A stretch of DNA of 64,000 bases from a virus, in the IMG/VR virus record IMGVR_UViG_3300027413_000007, positions 4,180 to 68,179 of that record, one strand, 5' to 3'. Within the stretch, counting starts at the first letter, position 1. Every line of letters starts with the position of its first letter. Shown one piece after another: positions 60,444 to 64,000 of this stretch. A program made the translations under genes and the position numbers. The notes beneath the pieces were generated by a model that worked only from the letters and a program-made list of their open reading frames with translations, searched no databases and was not told the DNA's origin.

Positions 60444-60521
60444 CTATTTAAACAGCACAGCTAGCCAATGAGTACAGTCGTCACATGGGTCGTCAATCAA
60501 CCAATTTCTAGGAAAATCCAA
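60444..60521 (-). CDS. Putative 25-aa micropeptide MDFPRNWLIDDPCDDCTHWLAVLFK
   Basis: AGGAG RBS 7 nt before a TTG start, immediately downstream of the lipase stop. Confidence 0.45.
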   Translation of the reverse strand: MDFPRNWLIDDPCDDCTHWLAVLFK

Positions 60522-60539
60522 GAGTAGTCTCCTGGATCC

Positions 60540-61307
60540 CTACTCTTTCATATTTTTTATATTTTTTATGTAGCAATCCATATTGTGATCGCTAAAATTA
60601 TCTATCTTTAATTTCATGACACCGCCGGCCATGCCTTTTAGTCTATCCCAAAATCTTTTAAATCCAGATATTTTTACTACTTGGCCTTCTGAATTCATAT
60701 AATGTTCTGTTCCGTGATGTCTATAACCCATCATTACTAAGGGCACACGCGTAACAACATCATTATTATTTACGAATCTATGGTGGACTACACCAAGAGA
60801 TTTGCAGTATTTTTTAAAGCCTACACGAGGAGAACCAAATGTATACAGTTCAACCGGATCTTTTAAAAATAAATTATGTAAGCATCTTGACGACATAATA
60901 GTTGCCATGCCAGCACCAAGCGAATGTCCGCAAAACCAAAGTGTTTTGCTACTATTTGGTTTTCTGGTTAAATCTTCATATATAGCTGGCCAAAGCTCAT
61001 CGACCTCAGCTTTAAATCCTTTATGCACTCTTGATACAGTTTCTGCCATTACAGGAATTGATTGTAAATCTGCTTTAATATCATTAAACTCAGTTGGTTG
61101 AGTTCCTCGACATGCTATAATACAATCATACTTATTCATAAACCGATAGGCTTGCGCACCGTTAACATCATAAAATTCAACGGTATTGAATTCGAGTTTG
61201 CGAGCCGCTGTTTTAGCTTTTTTAAGATCAGAATATGCGATTGCTGATAGTTGAGCAAACAAGAGACTTCTGGCTTTAAAACTTAATTGATTTATTGGTT
61301 GTGCCAT
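60540..61307 (-). CDS. Class 3 lipase (alpha/beta hydrolase)
   Basis: CRGT, VHKGF, GHSLG nucleophile elbow, TFGSPRVG, NNNDVVTRVP, DH.M..Y; late promoter at 61340-47. Confidence 0.92.
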   Translation of the reverse strand: MAQPINQLSFKARSLLFAQLSAIAYSDLKKAKTAARKLEFNTVEFYDVNGAQAYRFMNKYDCIIACRGTQPTEFNDIKADLQSIPVMAETVSRVHKGFKAEVDELWPAIYEDLTRKPNSSKTLWFCGHSLGAGMATIMSSRCLHNLFLKDPVELYTFGSPRVGFKKYCKSLGVVHHRFVNNNDVVTRVPLVMMGYRHHGTEHYMNSEGQVVKISGFKRFWDRLKGMAGGVMKLKIDNFSDHNMDCYIKNIKNMKE

Positions 61308-61350
61308 AATAGTATTACCTTGTATTTTTTAGATAATACTATTTATATAT

Positions 61351-61542
61351 TTACTCGCTTAGAAAGACTGCCTGGCCCTTAATGACTCCACCTTCTTCAC
61401 GAAGTTCAGCCTTTGCTTTTTTTTCGTCTTCTAGCTTTTTAATCTGAGCTGCCTGATCTCTAATAATTTTTTGTTGTGCTTCAATATCCATAAATTGTTT
61501 ATCCAATTCTGATGTTTGAGGAAATTCAATAATTTTACTCAT
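61351..61542 (-). CDS. Small coiled-coil hypothetical protein
   Basis: KIIEFP start, AAGGAG RBS. Confidence 0.6.
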   Translation of the reverse strand: MSKIIEFPQTSELDKQFMDIEAQQKIIRDQAAQIKKLEDEKKAKAELREEGGVIKGQAVFLSE

Positions 61543-61576
61543 TCACTATCTCCTTATAATATATACTATATATATT

Positions 61577-61686
61577 TGGCTCCAAGGGCAGGATTCGAAC
61601 CTGCACGAATATAAATATTCTTTTGCTAAGACTACATATTCACAGCATAAACAGTGCTGCGTGTCTACCTATTCCACCACCTTGGA
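61577..61686 (-). tRNA. Atypical tRNA, anticodon GUU (Asn), 110 nt with a 38-nt variable arm
   Basis: Acceptor TCCAAGG/CCTTGGA+G+CCA; D-arm GTGGAATAGGTAGACAC; anticodon arm CAGCA-CTGTTTA-TGCTG; T-arm GCAGG-TTCGAAT-CCTGC. Confidence 0.8.
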
Positions 61687-61692
61687 TTATTC

Positions 61693-62517
61693 TTACTTTT
61701 TAAGAGTATCGAGCGCGCTGATCATGCGTGTCATACCAATTCCACCACCAACTCTTGGAAAGAAATCAAATTCAAGAAACTTTTCAAGTTCTGCTTCAAC
61801 GCGATCTTTACCAAATAATTGGTTAATAAGACCAGCATATTCGCCATTTGAAATAGTATGAAATGTATCTCGCATTTGGTCTTTATCAATACTGCGTTCT
61901 GCACTACCAATTGTTTCCATACCACCAAGGATAACATCAATCTTCTTACTTGTACCATCTTCATTTCTTGACATATTCCAAAATGGACTTGTAAATTCAG
62001 GAAATTCTGTAATCATAGAACTACCAAAACTAGCTTCCATTGATAACTCGTGCTGAGCATCTAATTCTGTAGTAGAACTTAGACCGTAATGTTGTTGCCA
62101 TTCACCATATGTTTTTTCTGTTGGAATATCAAATCCTAAGTGATTACATAATTGATATTCCATGGTCTTAAGATCATCGATGTCTCCTGGCATTTCAAAT
62201 TCAAACATCGGAAAAATCGTATCGTGTCTTCCAGGAATTGCATTTGGTTCTTGTCTATACGAAGTCGAGACACAAAAAAACCCCTTCGAAGAGGGGCGAG
62301 TTAATAATTCATATTCCAACCACATCTGGCCAGTTTGAGGAAGAGGCCATATTTGCCCTTCATAATTATATGTTGCTACATTTTCTGGATCTTCACATGC
62401 AGCTAAAATGCTTAATCGGTTTTGTGTATGTACTTCTTCAAAGCCTCTATTCAAAAAAAATGACCTTAAAAGGTCAACTGCTTTTGTAAATTTTTTTGGT
62501 TCAATCAATTGTGTCAC
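61693..62517 (-). CDS. Class IIb (Asn/Asp/Lys) aminoacyl-tRNA synthetase catalytic core without anticodon-binding domain
   Basis: Motif 1 LRSFF..RGF.EV.T, L.QTGQ..LE, motif 2 SYRQE...RH...F.M.EFE, ETIGS.ER, motif 3 P..GGGIG..R; only 274 aa. Confidence 0.85.
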   Translation of the reverse strand: MTQLIEPKKFTKAVDLLRSFFLNRGFEEVHTQNRLSILAACEDPENVATYNYEGQIWPLPQTGQMWLEYELLTRPSSKGFFCVSTSYRQEPNAIPGRHDTIFPMFEFEMPGDIDDLKTMEYQLCNHLGFDIPTEKTYGEWQQHYGLSSTTELDAQHELSMEASFGSSMITEFPEFTSPFWNMSRNEDGTSKKIDVILGGMETIGSAERSIDKDQMRDTFHTISNGEYAGLINQLFGKDRVEAELEKFLEFDFFPRVGGGIGMTRMISALDTLKK

Positions 62518-62726
62518 TATCTTATCCTTTTTTTATATTTGCCACATTGGGAATATTTATACAAATAATTTCCATTAATATCATTATTAGCTGAATTATA
62601 TACAGCCCAACGAAAACAATTCCAAATATTATATGAAGTGTGATAGTACCAAGGGAAAGGAAATTCGTGTCTCCTTTCCCTTAATTGTTTATACCAAGCA
62701 ATAAATAATTTTATTCTTCTATTCAA
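62517..62726 (-). CDS. Hypothetical protein
   Basis: Basic/aromatic 69-aa ORF filling the gap with overlaps at both ends. Confidence 0.45.
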   Translation of the reverse strand: MNRRIKLFIAWYKQLRERRHEFPFPWYYHTSYNIWNCFRWAVYNSANNDINGNYLYKYSQCGKYKKRIR

Positions 62727-62919
62727 AATGCTTACTTAACATTTCAAGACGTTCACTTGCATGACCCATAGTACTAAGCTCTTTTTGCATAGCCTCTACA
62801 ATATCACTATGTTCGCCAATACCAACAGGATTATTTAAATAAACCATAAAATTAGTTTTAGCTCTTTCTAGTTCACCTTCGGCATGCATACGACATGCTT
62901 TAATCAATTGTTCTTTCAC
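62719..62919 (-). CDS. Conserved small phage protein
   Basis: H.EG....A..N..VYL.NPVGIGEHSDI.EA...EL. Confidence 0.75.
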   Translation of the reverse strand: MKEQLIKACRMHAEGELERAKTNFMVYLNNPVGIGEHSDIVEAMQKELSTMGHASERLEMLSKHFE

Positions 62920-63248
62920 TTACCTATCTCCCCTAATGGAATTACATCTTTTGAATCGATATAATCGTCCGGTGTATATTTTCTTACATTAACTTCTTTT
63001 ATCATCATTCCATCGCGCATTCTATACGTAATAAATTCTTGTCTAATTACTCCTTCTGTTGATGCTTGAAATGCAGATTTAAACGGGCCAGATGTATCTA
63101 TTTCATCTGAAATTTTAAAGGTATAATCAACCATATCATCAGAACTATCTACAATATAGCTTTGTTCATGTTTATTATGTTCACCATGTCCCCAACCAGA
63201 ATAGTATTTTGGTGGAACAATATCATTTGGTCCAATTGACTTAGTCAT
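62916..63248 (-). CDS. Hypothetical protein
   Basis: Overlap-coupled; GV..QE..TY...DG. Confidence 0.6.
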   Translation of the reverse strand: MTKSIGPNDIVPPKYYSGWGHGEHNKHEQSYIVDSSDDMVDYTFKISDEIDTSGPFKSAFQASTEGVIRQEFITYRMRDGMMIKEVNVRKYTPDDYIDSKDVIPLGEIGK

Positions 63249-63499
63249 GCTTTTATATCTACCCTTTTTGCTTCAACTTGTGGAATATGTGTTTTTCTAC
63301 CATCAGCGCCATAAGTCCCATTATGTCCTTCATAAGATTGTGCTAAAGCTTTTTGTGGAGCCTTTATTGATTGTTCTGTTCTTCGTCGAATATTTTCAAC
63401 AATATTCATTTGTTGTTCTTTTGCGGCTTGAGTCTTTACTATTAACTCAAGAGGCTGAGTGGCATAATGGTGTGAAAAACCTGGTCCTTTTACTTCCAT
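63245..63499 (-). CDS. Hypothetical protein
   Basis: AGGAGG RBS; Y..DG...VDIKA C-terminus. Confidence 0.65.
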   Translation of the reverse strand: MEVKGPGFSHHYATQPLELIVKTQAAKEQQMNIVENIRRRTEQSIKAPQKALAQSYEGHNGTYGADGRKTHIPQVEAKRVDIKA

Positions 63500-63517
63500 T
63501 TATAATCCTCCTTATTA

Positions 63518-63593
63518 TGGTGCGAAAGGTAGGATTTGAACCTACGATCAACCCGTTATGAGCGGGGGGCTTTAACCACTAAGCTACTTTCGC
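63518..63593 (-). tRNA. tRNA with CAU anticodon (Ile2 or elongator Met)
   Basis: GCGAAAG...CTTTCGC-A-CCA, loop CTCATAA, T-loop TTCAAAT, 76 nt; paired 1-72 and no GGG/CCC initiator pattern at the usual position. Confidence 0.9.
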
Positions 63594-63761
63594 GAATTCT
63601 TCTACTACTTTAGCATTTAACAGATTAGCAACTTCAAGTGCTTTATTTTTGTTATCAAATGTTAAATCGACTACAGTAGGTGTTTTATATATCATATATC
63701 CTAATTCACCGGTCATTACAACTTGTTGAACTATCTTATTATTTCTCATTAATTTATACAA
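63579..63761 (-). CDS. Hypothetical protein overlapping the tRNA 5' end
   Basis: 60 aa with AAGGA RBS; stop codon lies inside the tRNA. Confidence 0.5.
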   Translation of the reverse strand: MYKLMRNNKIVQQVVMTGELGYMIYKTPTVVDLTFDNKNKALEVANLLNAKVVEEFAKVA

Positions 63762-63788
63762 CTCGTTAATCCTTATATTAGTAAATCA

Positions 63789-63950
63789 AAGGGGAGACCT
63801 TCTGCAGTGCCTCCCCTTCTATCTGCATTTTACGTATGCAGCAACCGGCTGAGTTTCGCGGTATCAGCGCTTGTACCGACCTATAGACTGGGGCCTCCAA
63901 AATCTATAGGGTTTCACTAACTAATCCCCTCATTGTTCATAGTTAGTGTC
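63789..63950 (-). ncRNA. Candidate structured ncRNA between tRNA genes
   Basis: Five consecutive hairpins in a GC-enriched, ORF-free 160-nt stretch starting at the tRNA-Arg CCA end. Confidence 0.5.
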
Positions 63951-64000
63951 TGGCGGACCCTAGAGGATTCGAACCTCTGACCTAGTGCTTAGAAGGCACT
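63951..64000 (-). tRNA. tRNA-Arg(UCU), 5' part outside the window
   Basis: AGTGC-CTTCTAA-GCACT anticodon arm, AGAGG-TTCGAAT-CCTCT T-arm, GCCA end. Confidence 0.9.

Noticed and set aside
63915-63950. Theta (HDV-like) ribozyme after tRNA-Arg
   Set aside because: The G following CCA has no pairing partner for a P1 helix and I could not build the nested double pseudoknot by hand; kept only as a generic ncRNA candidate.
1-64000. Stop-codon reassignment or diversity-generating retroelement
   Set aside because: Genes are full length in the standard code with TAA/TAG/TGA all used as stops; no reverse transcriptase or adenine-specific repeat pair was seen.

Overview
AT-rich segment of a large T4-like (Tevenvirinae/Kyanoviridae-like, probably aquatic) myophage genome; the host cannot be identified from this window. 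From left to right: (1) a >3,500-aa tail-fibre/adhesin ORF on the minus strand (start 10739, runs off the left edge, missing from the ORF track); (2) a 13-gene, 10.7-kb cassette inside the tail module with five radical-SAM enzymes (four with SPASM-like Cys tails, one B12-type), four 2OG-Fe(II)/JmjC oxygenases, three unknowns and a late-promoter-driven virion-like protein ending in CHSSCHSSCHGSRGRR, the best candidate for an undescribed RiPP-like virion-protein modification system; (3) the baseplate/tail module (fibre, VrlC-like, gp8, gp7, gp6, gp25, a gp5 split into separate genes, hub, gp53, gp48, then divergent gp4, gp2, gp54, gp26/gp51 with a likely -1 frameshift, tape measure); (4) gp32, gp33 and an early accessory region with repeated terminator-promoter cassettes, a Mesh1-like HD hydrolase, HExxH proteins and a lipase; (5) a class IIb aaRS catalytic core lacking an anticodon-binding domain followed 6 nt later by a 110-nt tRNA(GUU) with a 38-nt variable arm, plus tRNA(CAU), a partial tRNA-Arg(UCU) and a candidate structured ncRNA. 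All family assignments come from motif recognition by eye, not database searches.
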